Positions 37,242 to 47,301 of a stretch of 64,000 nt of DNA are shown in pieces. Position numbers and translations under genes: made by a program. Position 1 is the stretch's first letter. Each line of letters starts with the position of its first letter. Below the pieces are notes generated by a model. The model searched no databases, was not told where the DNA came from, and saw nothing but the letters and a program-made list of their open reading frames with translations. This DNA is from Minisyncoccia bacterium (GTDB lineage Bacteria > Patescibacteriota > Minisyncoccia > Phycocordibacterales > UBA918): assembly GCA_047639355.1 (NCBI GenBank), contig JBLIOC010000001.1:3215-67214 (forward strand). Reading direction: 5' to 3'.

Positions 37242-38300
37242 TTGAGCAATCAAACCCAACCTTCTAATATTAATATGATTTCATTTAAGCCTAAACAAAT
37301 AAGTAAGACATTGCTTGAAGTTCTCCCTGAAAGAGCTTGTGACGTACTCGAAAAACGCTATGGTCTTGGTAAAGATGGTGAGACATTCACACTTGAAGCT
37401 ATTGGCCAGTCTTACGGGATTACACGTGAGCGTGTTCGTCAGATTGAGAATTACGGTATCCAGTCAATTCAAAAGTCTGAAGTTTATAAAAAGAGTTGTG
37501 ATCTTTTTTTAGAAATGCAAAAACTCATTGACCAACTTGGTGGAGGACTTATAGCCGAACACGTTTTGCTGGATGAACTTAGTGATGACCCAATTACACG
37601 TAACCACCTCTACTTTATTTTGATAGTAGGCGATCCTTTCTACAAAAGTAAGGAGAACCCTCATTATACTCATCGATGGTTTACAGAACGAAAGACAGCT
37701 GACTCTGTAGAAAAAGCACTCAAAAATGTTTATAAAAATCTTAATCGCGACGAGTTAGTCAGCGAGATCGATATTATAAGTCGCTTCAGAACAGAATTGG
37801 TCGAATTGTCAGATAGTCACGACGATCAAGTGTTAAGACGCTGGTTGCAAATCTCTAAACAGATCGGCTGTAACCCGTTAGGTGACTGGGGTCCTGCAGA
37901 AAGTCCAAATATTCGCGTTAAGGGAATTCGTGACTACGCTTATTTGTCAGTTAAACGTCATGGTTCTCCAATGCACTTCCGTGAAGTGGCAAATACTATC
38001 AACGACCTTTTTGATCATCAGGCTCATGTTGCAACGACTCATAATGAGCTAATTAAGGACTCACGTTTTGTATTGGTTGGACGAGGGCTATACGCTCTAA
38101 CTGAATGGGGATACACAGCTGGTGTAGTAAAAGATGTCCTTCACGGAGTTCTAGAACAAGAGGGTCCACTTTCCCGTGAAGAACTAATCGATAAAGTTCG
38201 TAAGGAGCGATACGTGAAGGACAATACTATTCTTGTTAACCTACAGGACACCAGTCTATTCAGAAAACTTGCAAACGGTACTTATACATTAGCTGAATAA
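37242..38300 (+). CDS. sigma70 region-4 HTH plus C-terminal winged-HTH (RNAP delta/HARE-HTH-like) protein
   Basis: TLEAIGQSYGITRERVRQIE; PMHFREVA...HNELIKDSRFVLVGRGLYAL; start may be ATG 37275. Confidence 0.8.
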   Translation: MSNQTQPSNINMISFKPKQISKTLLEVLPERACDVLEKRYGLGKDGETFTLEAIGQSYGITRERVRQIENYGIQSIQKSEVYKKSCDLFLEMQKLIDQLGGGLIAEHVLLDELSDDPITRNHLYFILIVGDPFYKSKENPHYTHRWFTERKTADSVEKALKNVYKNLNRDELVSEIDIISRFRTELVELSDSHDDQVLRRWLQISKQIGCNPLGDWGPAESPNIRVKGIRDYAYLSVKRHGSPMHFREVANTINDLFDHQAHVATTHNELIKDSRFVLVGRGLYALTEWGYTAGVVKDVLHGVLEQEGPLSREELIDKVRKERYVKDNTILVNLQDTSLFRKLANGTYTLAE

Positions 38301-38336
38301 GTTTCTTGTAGAGTAAGATCATAACTTCTGCTTGTT

Positions 38337-38374
38337 AAACGAGCGACTGGACATCTGTCTAGTCGCTCGTTTTT
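38337..38374 (+). terminator. intrinsic terminator
   Basis: AAACGAGCGACTGGACA-TC-TGTCTAGTCGCTCGTTT plus T run. Confidence 0.85.
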
Positions 38375-38395
38375 CATGGTGTACAATACTAATAT

Positions 38396-39715
38396 ATGAA
38401 GGATTCGTATAAATCTTTAATAGTAAATCTAGCAGCCCCATTTTTTCTACTGATTGCCTTTTGGGTAATGTATGAAGCCTTTACTTTACTGCAGGTTGAT
38501 TTAAAACCAATTCTAGCTATAGTTTTGACACTGTCGCCAGTCTGGCTACCTATATTGTTGTTTTATATTTTATTTGATATGTGGTCCTGGTTTATACACT
38601 TAAAGTTTCAAGTAGAAAATGGAAGAACAACACTTCGTATCAAACTTCCTCAGGAAGTTTTCAAATCACCAGAAGCCATGGAAAGTGTTTTTTCACAAAT
38701 TCACAACTCGGGTCGGGCTGATAACCTTATGCAAACATATCTAGACGGTAGGCATGCACTTATAAATAGCTTTGAACTTGTCTCGATCGGGGGAGATGTT
38801 CGTTTCTACGTTAATGTTCCCACCAAAAAAATAAAAAACACCGTAGAGGCACAGCTCTATGCTCAATATCCTGGCATTGAAGTGGTGGAAGAACCGGTAG
38901 ACTACACTTCCGAAGTTGTTTGGGATCCAAAAATATGGGATTTCATTTCTTTTCATTTGGTAAAGAAGGATGAAAGTTTGTTTCCAATCAAAACGTACGT
39001 TGACTTCGGTATGGATAAGCTTCCGAAGGAAGAGTTAAAATTCGAACCAATGGCGGCGTTAATAGAACATCTCGGTAAAGTAAAACCGCACGAGCGGATT
39101 TGGGTACAAATATTGATGACGGCGCACGACAAAGAATCGTTCACCACTGGAAGTTTAAAAACTGTTCCGACTTGGGAAGGAAAAGCGTACTCTAAAATTA
39201 ATGAGATTATGAAACGGGATCAGTCTCATTTGGGTGCTGAGGAAACAGAAAGCAGGCCAGTTCTTACAATGTCAGAGCGAGACACTATCGCTGCGATAGA
39301 GCGTAACGTATCGAAACATGCTTACAATGTATCAATTAGAGCGATGTACATAACCGAAACAGGAAAATTCGACGCTGATATGATTAGTCCGTTGCTGAGA
39401 TCATTTTCGCAGTACGATGTTATTGGTAGGTCCGGTATCGGTGTACGGTGGCGAACTGATTTTAACTATAATTTTATTTCTGATTACTCTGGACGAAGAA
39501 AATACTTTATGAAAAAAAATGAACTTGAATCATACAAAGCTCGATTTTACATACCTGGTGATAAGAAGAAAGGGGCAGATGCTATGAAAGTTATGTCCGT
39601 TGAAGAATTAGCTACTATTTACCATATTCCAGGTACTTCAGTTGTGACTCCTAATCTCTCTCGAGTTGAATCAAATCGAAAAGAAGCGCCACCTAACCTA
39701 CCTATTGAACAATAA
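38396..39715 (+). CDS. membrane-anchored hypothetical protein; resembles the non-ATPase part of CPR VirD4/TraG-like proteins
   Basis: N-terminal TMs, KSPEAME, LYAQYP, EELATIYHIP; no Walker motifs; family call is from memory. Confidence 0.6.
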   Translation: MKDSYKSLIVNLAAPFFLLIAFWVMYEAFTLLQVDLKPILAIVLTLSPVWLPILLFYILFDMWSWFIHLKFQVENGRTTLRIKLPQEVFKSPEAMESVFSQIHNSGRADNLMQTYLDGRHALINSFELVSIGGDVRFYVNVPTKKIKNTVEAQLYAQYPGIEVVEEPVDYTSEVVWDPKIWDFISFHLVKKDESLFPIKTYVDFGMDKLPKEELKFEPMAALIEHLGKVKPHERIWVQILMTAHDKESFTTGSLKTVPTWEGKAYSKINEIMKRDQSHLGAEETESRPVLTMSERDTIAAIERNVSKHAYNVSIRAMYITETGKFDADMISPLLRSFSQYDVIGRSGIGVRWRTDFNYNFISDYSGRRKYFMKKNELESYKARFYIPGDKKKGADAMKVMSVEELATIYHIPGTSVVTPNLSRVESNRKEAPPNLPIEQ

Positions 39716-39727
39716 ACTTACTCTTGT

Positions 39728-40759
39728 ATGACTGACGAACCGTTTCAATTCACACCTGAGTGCCGTAATAAAAACAAACATAAGAAAAGTTCTTATGTTG
39801 GCAAAGTACTGAGCTTGACTGCTGCATTAATATTCGTTGCAATTATTTTATTAGGTGTATCATATTGGTACGCAAGTGTATTAAATGAACCTCCGGCAAA
39901 TTTTCCTGTCAATAAATCAATCATTATAGAAAAAGGGACTGATGTTATGGAAATCACTGAAATACTTGAACAGGAGGGTGTGGTCAGGTCTAGTGTATTA
40001 TTGTATTACACTTTAGTTTTATTTCATGATTCAACTGACGTTAAGGCCAGCTCCTATGTTTTTGAAAACCCACTCTCAGCTTTTGCTGTAGCAGAACGTC
40101 TGACTCAGGGAGATTTCGACACAGACTTAATACGCTTTACTCACTTTGAAGGAGAAAGGGTGACGATATTGGCCAAGAGAGCAGAACAAGCTCTGCCCAA
40201 CTTTGATGTAAAAGCATTCATAGCAAGTTCCACACCGCATGAAGGTAAGTTGTTTCCTGACACATACTTCATTCCAACTGAATATAATGACGCTGAGCTG
40301 CTGATTTTACTGTTAGATACTTTTGAACAAAAAATTGCAGGATTTGACGAGCAGATTCAAGTATCGGATTTAACTCTAGATGAAATACTAGTTCTAGCTT
40401 CCATTATCGAACGCGAGGCTAACACAGCTGAATCTAAAAAGGCAATTTCAGGAGTCTTCAAAAACCGAATGAACATCGGTATGGCGCTACAAGCTGATGC
40501 TTCAATTGAATATATTTTAGACAAGCCGTTATCAGAACTTACCCCTGACGACTTAGAAATTGATTCCCCTTATAATACTTACCTCTACCTCGATCTACCT
40601 CCGACCCCAATTGGAAATCCTGGCTTCGATGCAATTGACGCTGTTCTTAACCCTACAGAATCTGAATATTACTATTACATAACTGATAATGACGGAGTCT
40701 TTCATTACTCCAAAACATATTCCGAGCATCTACGTAATATTGAGTTGTATTTACGGTAA
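39728..40759 (+). CDS. mltG: endolytic transglycosylase MltG
   Basis: EGKLFPDTY, LASIIERE, LQADA, SPYNTY, LPPTPIGNPG. Confidence 0.95.
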   Translation: MTDEPFQFTPECRNKNKHKKSSYVGKVLSLTAALIFVAIILLGVSYWYASVLNEPPANFPVNKSIIIEKGTDVMEITEILEQEGVVRSSVLLYYTLVLFHDSTDVKASSYVFENPLSAFAVAERLTQGDFDTDLIRFTHFEGERVTILAKRAEQALPNFDVKAFIASSTPHEGKLFPDTYFIPTEYNDAELLILLLDTFEQKIAGFDEQIQVSDLTLDEILVLASIIEREANTAESKKAISGVFKNRMNIGMALQADASIEYILDKPLSELTPDDLEIDSPYNTYLYLDLPPTPIGNPGFDAIDAVLNPTESEYYYYITDNDGVFHYSKTYSEHLRNIELYLR

Positions 40760-40785
40760 GTAAAACACGTGATAGCGTAACCATT

Positions 40786-41847
40786 ATGAATCAAGAGCAG
40801 ACAGTTTTTGTCGGTCTATCGGGGGGAGTAGATTCTTCCGTAGCGGCCCTTCGTTTAAAAAAACAAGGCTTCAATGTCGTTGGTGTTTTTATTAAAGTCT
40901 GGCACCCAAATTTTATGCCATGTAACTGGGAAGGTGAGCGGCTAGATGCAATGCGTGTAGCTGCTCATCTTAACATACCCTTTTTGACGTGTGACGCGGA
41001 GAGAGAGTACCTTGATGACGTAGCAAAGTATTTTATTTCAGAATATAAAGCAGGACGTACACCAAACCCAGATGTCATGTGTAACCAACATGTTAAATTC
41101 GGCGCTTTTCTACGTTTTGCAAAATCCCGCGGAGCTGATTTTATTGCTACTGGCCACTATGCACAAAGAGTAGAAAGTGAGAAGGGTCTAGAACTTCATC
41201 GTGGTATAGACGACAATAAAGACCAGACGTATTTCCTGTGGACATTATCAAAGGAGCAGTTAGAAGCTACTTTATTTCCAATTGGCAATACATCGAAAGA
41301 CAAAATTCGTACTGAAGCTGATGTTGCAAGAATACCAACTGCGCAAAAAAAAGACAGCCAAGGAATTTGCTTCTTGGGACATGTAGACATTCCAGAATTT
41401 CTTTCACACTACATTGAACTAGTTCCAGGCCCAGTTCTCGATGATGAGAATAATGTTATTGGTCGACACGTAGGAACTTTGGTATATACAATAGGACAGC
41501 GCCATGGTTTCACTTTAGATACACAAAATACTGAACGCCAAGCCATGTATGTAGTACATAAAGACAGTATTAATAATACAATAACTGTTTCATCAAAAAA
41601 GCCGACACTCAATAGTTTAGAATTAATAACCTTAGAAAATTTTGTACTTAGACAACTAATTAAGCCGGGTGACACTTTTGAGGCCCAGGCTCGTTACCGG
41701 CAAACGGCATTTGAAGTTTGTGTTGTTAATATCGACAACAGCCAGCTATGTCTTGAGTCAAGAGAAAAAACCGAACAACCAGCTGTAGGGCAGTCATGTG
41801 TACTATATAGGGGAACGGAATGCATTGGAGGTGGTATAGTTGTATGA
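40786..41847 (+). CDS. mnmA: tRNA 2-thiouridylase
   Basis: SGGVDSS, TPNPDVMCN, ATGHYA, KDQTYFL, DSQGICF. Confidence 0.97.
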   Translation: MNQEQTVFVGLSGGVDSSVAALRLKKQGFNVVGVFIKVWHPNFMPCNWEGERLDAMRVAAHLNIPFLTCDAEREYLDDVAKYFISEYKAGRTPNPDVMCNQHVKFGAFLRFAKSRGADFIATGHYAQRVESEKGLELHRGIDDNKDQTYFLWTLSKEQLEATLFPIGNTSKDKIRTEADVARIPTAQKKDSQGICFLGHVDIPEFLSHYIELVPGPVLDDENNVIGRHVGTLVYTIGQRHGFTLDTQNTERQAMYVVHKDSINNTITVSSKKPTLNSLELITLENFVLRQLIKPGDTFEAQARYRQTAFEVCVVNIDNSQLCLESREKTEQPAVGQSCVLYRGTECIGGGIVV

Positions 41848-41963
41848 ACAAAGGAGTGTAAACAATTATTATGAAGTTTGTCAGTAATGTGCTCTTGTTG
41901 AAGCTAGAGTTATAACCATATTTGTTAAAAAGCCTCTCTTGTAGAAACCCCATTTTCATACCC

Positions 41964-42800
41964 ATGCCAATCAAAATTAAAAAAGCCGATGGAAAATTAG
42001 AGTTTTTTAAAGTAGAGAAACTCAGACGTTCTCTTCGTCGAGCCGGTGCAGGTCCAGATGAAATAAATGAAATTGTAAGTAATGTTGATAATACGCTTTA
42101 CGACGGTATTCAAACTCAAGAAATCTACAGAAATGCTTTCAATTTACTCACTCATAGCCGTTCGCCAGCAGCAGCTCGTTATTCACTGCGACGTGCTCTT
42201 TTTAACCTAGGTCCGACCGGATTTCCCTTTGAAAAATTTTTAGCCCGGCTTTTCCAGGAAGATGGCTATTCAACACGGACAGGAATCATGCTTCAAGGTA
42301 ATTGTGCACCTCATGAAATAGACGTTGCTGCCTACACTGAGAACCATAGTTTTATCGGTGAAGCTAAATTCCATTCTAGACCTGGTATTAAGTCTGATCT
42401 TCAAGTAGCAATGTACTCGTACGCTCGTTTTCTCGACCTTCGTGACCAAAAAATTTGCCATGAGGATATTTGTGGAATAAAGGAATTTTGGCTAATTACT
42501 AACACAAAGTTTACTAGTACTGCTCAAGACTATGGTAATTGTGTCGGCTTAAATATGCTAAGTTGGGATTACCCAAAACGAAATAATCTACACGATCGGA
42601 TACAGCGTAGTGGAATTTACCCCATTACAGTCCTTCAAAATATTTCTTCGTCCCAAGCTGAGACTTTAATTGCTAGAGACATTATTCTTTGCCGTGACAT
42701 TGTTGATCAAGAGCATGTACTGAGACACCTCCATCTGTCCAAACCAAAGCAAGAAGCTTTGATGCAAGAGGCTCGTGAAATATCCAAGTTCCGATCATAA
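41964..42800 (+). CDS. ATP-cone plus Mrr-like restriction endonuclease domain protein
   Basis: IKKADGKLEFFKVEKLRRSL ATP cone; GFPFEKF...EIDV...GEAKF PD-(D/E)xK. Confidence 0.8.
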   Translation: MPIKIKKADGKLEFFKVEKLRRSLRRAGAGPDEINEIVSNVDNTLYDGIQTQEIYRNAFNLLTHSRSPAAARYSLRRALFNLGPTGFPFEKFLARLFQEDGYSTRTGIMLQGNCAPHEIDVAAYTENHSFIGEAKFHSRPGIKSDLQVAMYSYARFLDLRDQKICHEDICGIKEFWLITNTKFTSTAQDYGNCVGLNMLSWDYPKRNNLHDRIQRSGIYPITVLQNISSSQAETLIARDIILCRDIVDQEHVLRHLHLSKPKQEALMQEAREISKFRS

Positions 42801-42893
42801 GCAGTTAAAACTACCATTCTGTCAATGTTTCCGCTGTTTTTTCCTGTGATATACTCTCAATATTACTTAATCAACAAATCATAATCTTTACGT

Positions 42894-43448
42894 ATGGTAG
42901 AAGAAACACAGGACGTGCAGAAGACACTAGTAGCATTTGCCGTCGGACTCCTTATTGGTGGAATGTTGGTATGGGCATTCTCTGGACCAACAGTCAATGC
43001 ACCAGAGGCAACCAATGAAGACGAAGCTGAAGATGTGAACGCTCAAGTAAGAGATACAGACTCACTTATCTCATCTGAAGCAATTGAGTCCGAAGACACA
43101 AAGGCGGAAGAAGTTCCAAAAACGGAACTTAAGGTTGGTAAGGGTAACGTAGTTGTACCAGACCAGAAAGCAAGCGCATCTGTCAAACTGGACAGTGCAA
43201 CTTTCCCTGTCAGTGAAGGTTGGATTGGGATTCGTGAATATGACAATGATCAGCTGGGATATATCCTGGGTGTAGTTCGTTTTAGTGAATCACAAGATCT
43301 GGTTCCTTCCACAATAACTCTCCAGAGGCCAACCTCAGTAGGTAGTCGTTATGCGGTCGTTGTCTTTACTGAAGACGGAGATTTTGCCTTCAATCTAGCC
43401 GGTGACGTACAAATTGACACAATTTTTGATACTTTTGTAGCAAAATAA
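42894..43448 (+). CDS. membrane-anchored hypothetical protein
   Basis: N-terminal TM, acidic linker, beta-rich C-terminal domain. Confidence 0.75.
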   Translation: MVEETQDVQKTLVAFAVGLLIGGMLVWAFSGPTVNAPEATNEDEAEDVNAQVRDTDSLISSEAIESEDTKAEEVPKTELKVGKGNVVVPDQKASASVKLDSATFPVSEGWIGIREYDNDQLGYILGVVRFSESQDLVPSTITLQRPTSVGSRYAVVVFTEDGDFAFNLAGDVQIDTIFDTFVAK

Positions 43449-43470
43449 CTAGTGTTCGAACTTAAGGTTG

Positions 43471-43500
43471 AAAAGAGCTGGCTTTAGGTCAGCTTTTTCT
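43471..43500 (+). terminator. intrinsic terminator
   Basis: GAGCTGGC-TTTAG-GTCAGCTT plus T run. Confidence 0.65.
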
Positions 43501-43530
43501 TGTCTCCTGTCATAATGCTATACTACAAAC

Positions 43531-44316
43531 ATGGCAGAATATACATACAAATATAATCCAAACAGAAGTGCCGAATGGAACTATGGAGGTGCAAAGTGGA
43601 AGCTTTCGCGCTCCAAAATAGATTTTTTCTTTGAGTGTCCACGATGCTTCTATTTAGATAATGTACTAGGTACAAAACGTCCTGGATTCCCTTCCTTTAA
43701 TCTTAATATTGCTGTCGATGAGCTTTTCAAAAAGGAGTTTGATGTCCATCGTGAAGGACAAACAAAGCACCCGATAATGGATGAGTACGGTATAGACGCT
43801 GTACCATTTCAACATGAAATGATCGACACGTGGCGCGATCCATTTGTCGCGATAACTACAACTCACGAACCAACCGGCTTAACGGTTAGTGGAGGAGTCG
43901 ACGACATCTGGGTAACACCAGAAAAGAAGCTTATAATTATCGACTACAAAGCAACATCTAAAAACGGTAAAATTGATAAGCTCGGTGACAGTCCATGGGA
44001 ACTACAGTATGCAAGACAACTCGGTGTGTACAGATGGCTTTTAGAGCAAAACGGCTTTACAGTCGAAGATACTGGCTATCTTGTCTACGCTAATGCGAGC
44101 AAGGATGAACCAGGGTTTGATAACAAGCTTGTCTTTGAAACTACATTAGTGTCAGTTGAGACAGATGTTGACTGGATCGAACCAGCAATCTACGATATTA
44201 AAAACTGCCTAGATCAAAAAGATTTACCTAAAATTGGCGAAAAATGTGAATTCTGTCCCTACCGTGAAGCCTCAGGAAAGAAGCTCCAGGCTGTTCACTT
44301 TGCTAACAAAAAGTGA
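43531..44316 (+). CDS. PD-(D/E)xK nuclease family protein (AddB/Cas4-like)
   Basis: LSRSKI..FFECPRC, GGVDD, IIDYK, QLGVY, CEFCPY. Confidence 0.85.
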   Translation: MAEYTYKYNPNRSAEWNYGGAKWKLSRSKIDFFFECPRCFYLDNVLGTKRPGFPSFNLNIAVDELFKKEFDVHREGQTKHPIMDEYGIDAVPFQHEMIDTWRDPFVAITTTHEPTGLTVSGGVDDIWVTPEKKLIIIDYKATSKNGKIDKLGDSPWELQYARQLGVYRWLLEQNGFTVEDTGYLVYANASKDEPGFDNKLVFETTLVSVETDVDWIEPAIYDIKNCLDQKDLPKIGEKCEFCPYREASGKKLQAVHFANKK

Positions 44317-44366
44317 TAAATTAAAATCCTAACAGGAAAAATAAAATCAATATTACTTTTTAAATT

Positions 44367-45098
44367 TTACCTGCGAAAATTCCATCTATTGAAAGCTAGA
44401 AGCAAAAGCGATAACAGTAATCCAAAGAAAAATACACCTCCTCCATCACCCCATAGTCCAAAGCCATTTACGAATAACACAAACAGTACGATTGTGACCA
44501 GAAGCTGGACAGTTACATATTTTTGTCTGAATACAGTTTTTCTAGTTTTGGGTGCATACGCTAAAGCAGTCGGTAACAAGGTAAATAAGAATACAATTGA
44601 GAACATTGCAAAAACTGATTTTTTATAAGAAAAATGACTACTTACAGCAAGTATTTCTTGATCAGCTCTAATTTCTTGATACTTATTAATATCTCCGTCA
44701 GAAATATATTTTGCCATTGAAACAACCTTCTGCACATCCCCATCACATCCTTTAAAATAGTCAGAATCAAGTTCTGCTGAACATCGATTAGATGCTCCTT
44801 GGAGTGAAATGCGCCCACTGATTACGTAAATACCATCAATAGTAAAAACCGAGCTTGTTGCCTGAACCATAGAGACAAATTCTACGCTCAAAGTATTTTC
44901 TCTCATCTCATCATAAGAAGATCCGCAATTCTCGCCATTTGGTCTAGGAACAATCGAAAACGAATCAACACATACGCTGTCTTTACAATACACGTACGAC
45001 TCCTGATGCAGGTTGCCACACCTATACGCTTCAGTATTTGAGGGGTAAGAAAGTACAATTAAACAAGCAAAGGACAAACAAGCAAAAAGATTTTTCAT
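44367..45098 (-). CDS. hypothetical protein with signal peptide, Cys-rich ectodomain and three C-terminal TMs
   Basis: MKNLFACL... signal; start 6 nt from -10 TACCAT on the minus strand. Confidence 0.7.
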   Translation of the reverse strand: MKNLFACLSFACLIVLSYPSNTEAYRCGNLHQESYVYCKDSVCVDSFSIVPRPNGENCGSSYDEMRENTLSVEFVSMVQATSSVFTIDGIYVISGRISLQGASNRCSAELDSDYFKGCDGDVQKVVSMAKYISDGDINKYQEIRADQEILAVSSHFSYKKSVFAMFSIVFLFTLLPTALAYAPKTRKTVFRQKYVTVQLLVTIVLFVLFVNGFGLWGDGGGVFFFGLLLSLLLLAFNRWNFRR

Positions 45099-45104
45099 AA
45101 ATAA

Positions 45105-45114
45105 ATGGTACCAT
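45105..45114. promoter_or_regulatory. palindromic bidirectional extended -10 element
   Basis: ATGGTACCAT reads TG-G-TACCAT on both strands, each 6 nt from an ATG. Confidence 0.6.
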
Positions 45115-45120
45115 GACAGC

Positions 45121-45378
45121 ATGAATGATTTTACACTCACGGTTCGCGAAGTGGTCCGTAAAATCCCTAGGGGGAAAGTTATGACCTATTCTGAGGTCGC
45201 CAAAGCAGCTCGAAATCCTAAGGCAGCGCGGGCAGTGGCTAATGTTATGGCTAAGAATTTTGACGAAGGTGTACCTTGTCATCGAGTTATTAGGAGTGAT
45301 GGTAAACTCGGAGGCTACAACAGAGGAGGGGAGGCTGTTAAAAGAAGTTTGTTACTAGCCGAGGGTGCTGTATTATGA
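45121..45378 (+). CDS. O6-methylguanine-DNA methyltransferase C-terminal (MGMT/Ogt) domain protein
   Basis: IPRGKVMTY, AARAVA, PCHRV. Confidence 0.92.
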   Translation: MNDFTLTVREVVRKIPRGKVMTYSEVAKAARNPKAARAVANVMAKNFDEGVPCHRVIRSDGKLGGYNRGGEAVKRSLLLAEGAVL

Positions 45379-45411
45379 TGTTATTAATTTCTTGAACTAA
45401 AATTATTGCGT

Positions 45412-46008
45412 ATGTATACATATAAATTAGAACAAGCTATTAAGGCGGCGGGAATCTTACATCAAGACCAGTTACGAAAAGGCTCTGTACCTTTGCCATA
45501 CATAACGCACCTGATGGCCGTTATGCTTATTTTACGTGATTACACTTCCGAGGAAGACACGCTAGTTGCCGCCCTCCTCCATGACACACTAGAAGACACT
45601 GACTACACAGCTGAAGAATTAAAGGTTGATTTTGGTGAAAATGTAGCTGTTCTAGTTCAAACTTTGACCGAACCGAAAGTTAGGAATGGAGTAGAGGTTC
45701 CCTGGTTGGAGAAAAAAAAGGAATATGCTAAACAACTTCGTAAGGGGAGAATAGAAGCAGTAATGATAGCTGCGGCAGACAAGGCTCATAATTTTCGCTC
45801 ATTAGTAGAGGAATACTACGAAGACCACAACAGATTTCTGCAAGATTTTGGACCACATTTAAGCGATAGGCTAGAAGCGTACCAGACCATATCTAATGCC
45901 ATTAACAGCCGCTTGCCAGATGGTATAGTACATGAGTTCAACAACACTTTTCAAGAATATAAAAATTTCATTTACGATGTCCAAAAATCCCTCACTAAAA
46001 CTGACTAA
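45412..46008 (+). CDS. HD-domain hydrolase, Mesh1/SpoT-hydrolase-like
   Basis: HQDQLRK...PYITH...AALLHDTLEDT...ADKAHN. Confidence 0.85.
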   Translation: MYTYKLEQAIKAAGILHQDQLRKGSVPLPYITHLMAVMLILRDYTSEEDTLVAALLHDTLEDTDYTAEELKVDFGENVAVLVQTLTEPKVRNGVEVPWLEKKKEYAKQLRKGRIEAVMIAAADKAHNFRSLVEEYYEDHNRFLQDFGPHLSDRLEAYQTISNAINSRLPDGIVHEFNNTFQEYKNFIYDVQKSLTKTD

Positions 46009-47299
46009 AAAGAATTTGTTTCCAGGCTTTGTCTTCGTATCGAGCGCTGCTGGAGTTAAAGAATATCTGCTAAAATCAAACGGTCTAAGGGTTTTATACT
46101 TCCATCGGCCTGACACTGGAGTCATTACTACTAATATCACCTACTTGGTTGGAGCTAGAGACGAAGCTCGGGGCGAAACTGGGCTGGCTCATATGCTTGA
46201 GCATATGCTCTTTAAGCCAACGACTTTTGATGTGGCAAATGGTGTCGCGGCCGGTGGAGCGATGCAGTTTGAACGAGAAACTGGTTGTATCCTAAACGCC
46301 AACACTTGGACAGACCGCACTACTTACTTTTTTAATTATCCGGTAGAGTATTTAGCTAACGCTCTTCGAATTGAGTCAGAACGTATGGTTGGTACAATCT
46401 TAACTGACAAAGAACTTAAGCCCGAACAAGGAAATGTGCTGAGTGAATTTGATATGTACAATGGTGACCCTTATTTTGCTCTAGATGTGCAAATGATTAG
46501 TGCTGCTTTTCAGTCGCATCCTTATGGACACGAAACAATAGGCTTCCGTGAAGATATTGAGGATTATAATGCTGAAAAACTGGGTCGATTTTATCGAGAC
46601 TACTACCGACCCGACAACGCTATAATGATGGTCATCGGTGACGTTGATTTAGAGACAGCTCTTAAGTCTGTAAAAAAAGAGTTTAGCTCTATCAAAAAGC
46701 CCTCTTCACCAATTCCACGATTCTCTATTCGTGAGCCCAAACAGGAAGGTTTGCGCCGGGTTGAAATAGAGCGCAATTCAAGTACTAATGTTGTGTCGAT
46801 AGGCTTCAAAAGTGCCCCGTTCCCCTCAAAGGAGTGGTTTATAGCCGGCATAATGTCGGACGTTTTAACCATGGGTCCAGAAAGTATTCTTCATAAATTA
46901 CTAGTTGATACTGGTAAAGCGTCAAGTGTGACTAGCTCTGTAGGGCCTTGCTCTGAAGAATACTTAGTACAAATTATTATTACTTTGGCAACAGATCAGA
47001 ATCATAGAGAAATAGAAGAGTTAACTCTTAATGAAATTAAGACACTGACTTCTAAAACCCTCACTTCATTGGTAAAAAAAGTTAAAGCCAAGATGGTTAC
47101 CGATGAACTCTTTGGACGTTCCCGGTCACTCAGTATTGCTCAAGAACTTACAGAGTACGTAGCTTCGGGAAATTGGGAAATGTACGCCAAAACACCAGAA
47201 ATGCTGGCGAACATCACTGTCAAAGAGGTTGTAGACTGTGTAAAAATGAGTTTCACGAACACTCAGATGACTATTGGCTACTTTAAAGGAATATCTTAA
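45977..47299 (+). CDS. M16 zinc peptidase, catalytic subunit
   Basis: GLAHMLEHMLFK (HxxEH), NANT, YYRPDNA. Confidence 0.92.
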   Translation: MSKNPSLKLTKKNLFPGFVFVSSAAGVKEYLLKSNGLRVLYFHRPDTGVITTNITYLVGARDEARGETGLAHMLEHMLFKPTTFDVANGVAAGGAMQFERETGCILNANTWTDRTTYFFNYPVEYLANALRIESERMVGTILTDKELKPEQGNVLSEFDMYNGDPYFALDVQMISAAFQSHPYGHETIGFREDIEDYNAEKLGRFYRDYYRPDNAIMMVIGDVDLETALKSVKKEFSSIKKPSSPIPRFSIREPKQEGLRRVEIERNSSTNVVSIGFKSAPFPSKEWFIAGIMSDVLTMGPESILHKLLVDTGKASSVTSSVGPCSEEYLVQIIITLATDQNHREIEELTLNEIKTLTSKTLTSLVKKVKAKMVTDELFGRSRSLSIAQELTEYVASGNWEMYAKTPEMLANITVKEVVDCVKMSFTNTQMTIGYFKGIS

Positions 47300-47301
47300 A
47301 T

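Noticed and set aside
43531-44316. Cas4 / CRISPR system
   Set aside because: No repeat-spacer array or other cas genes in the window
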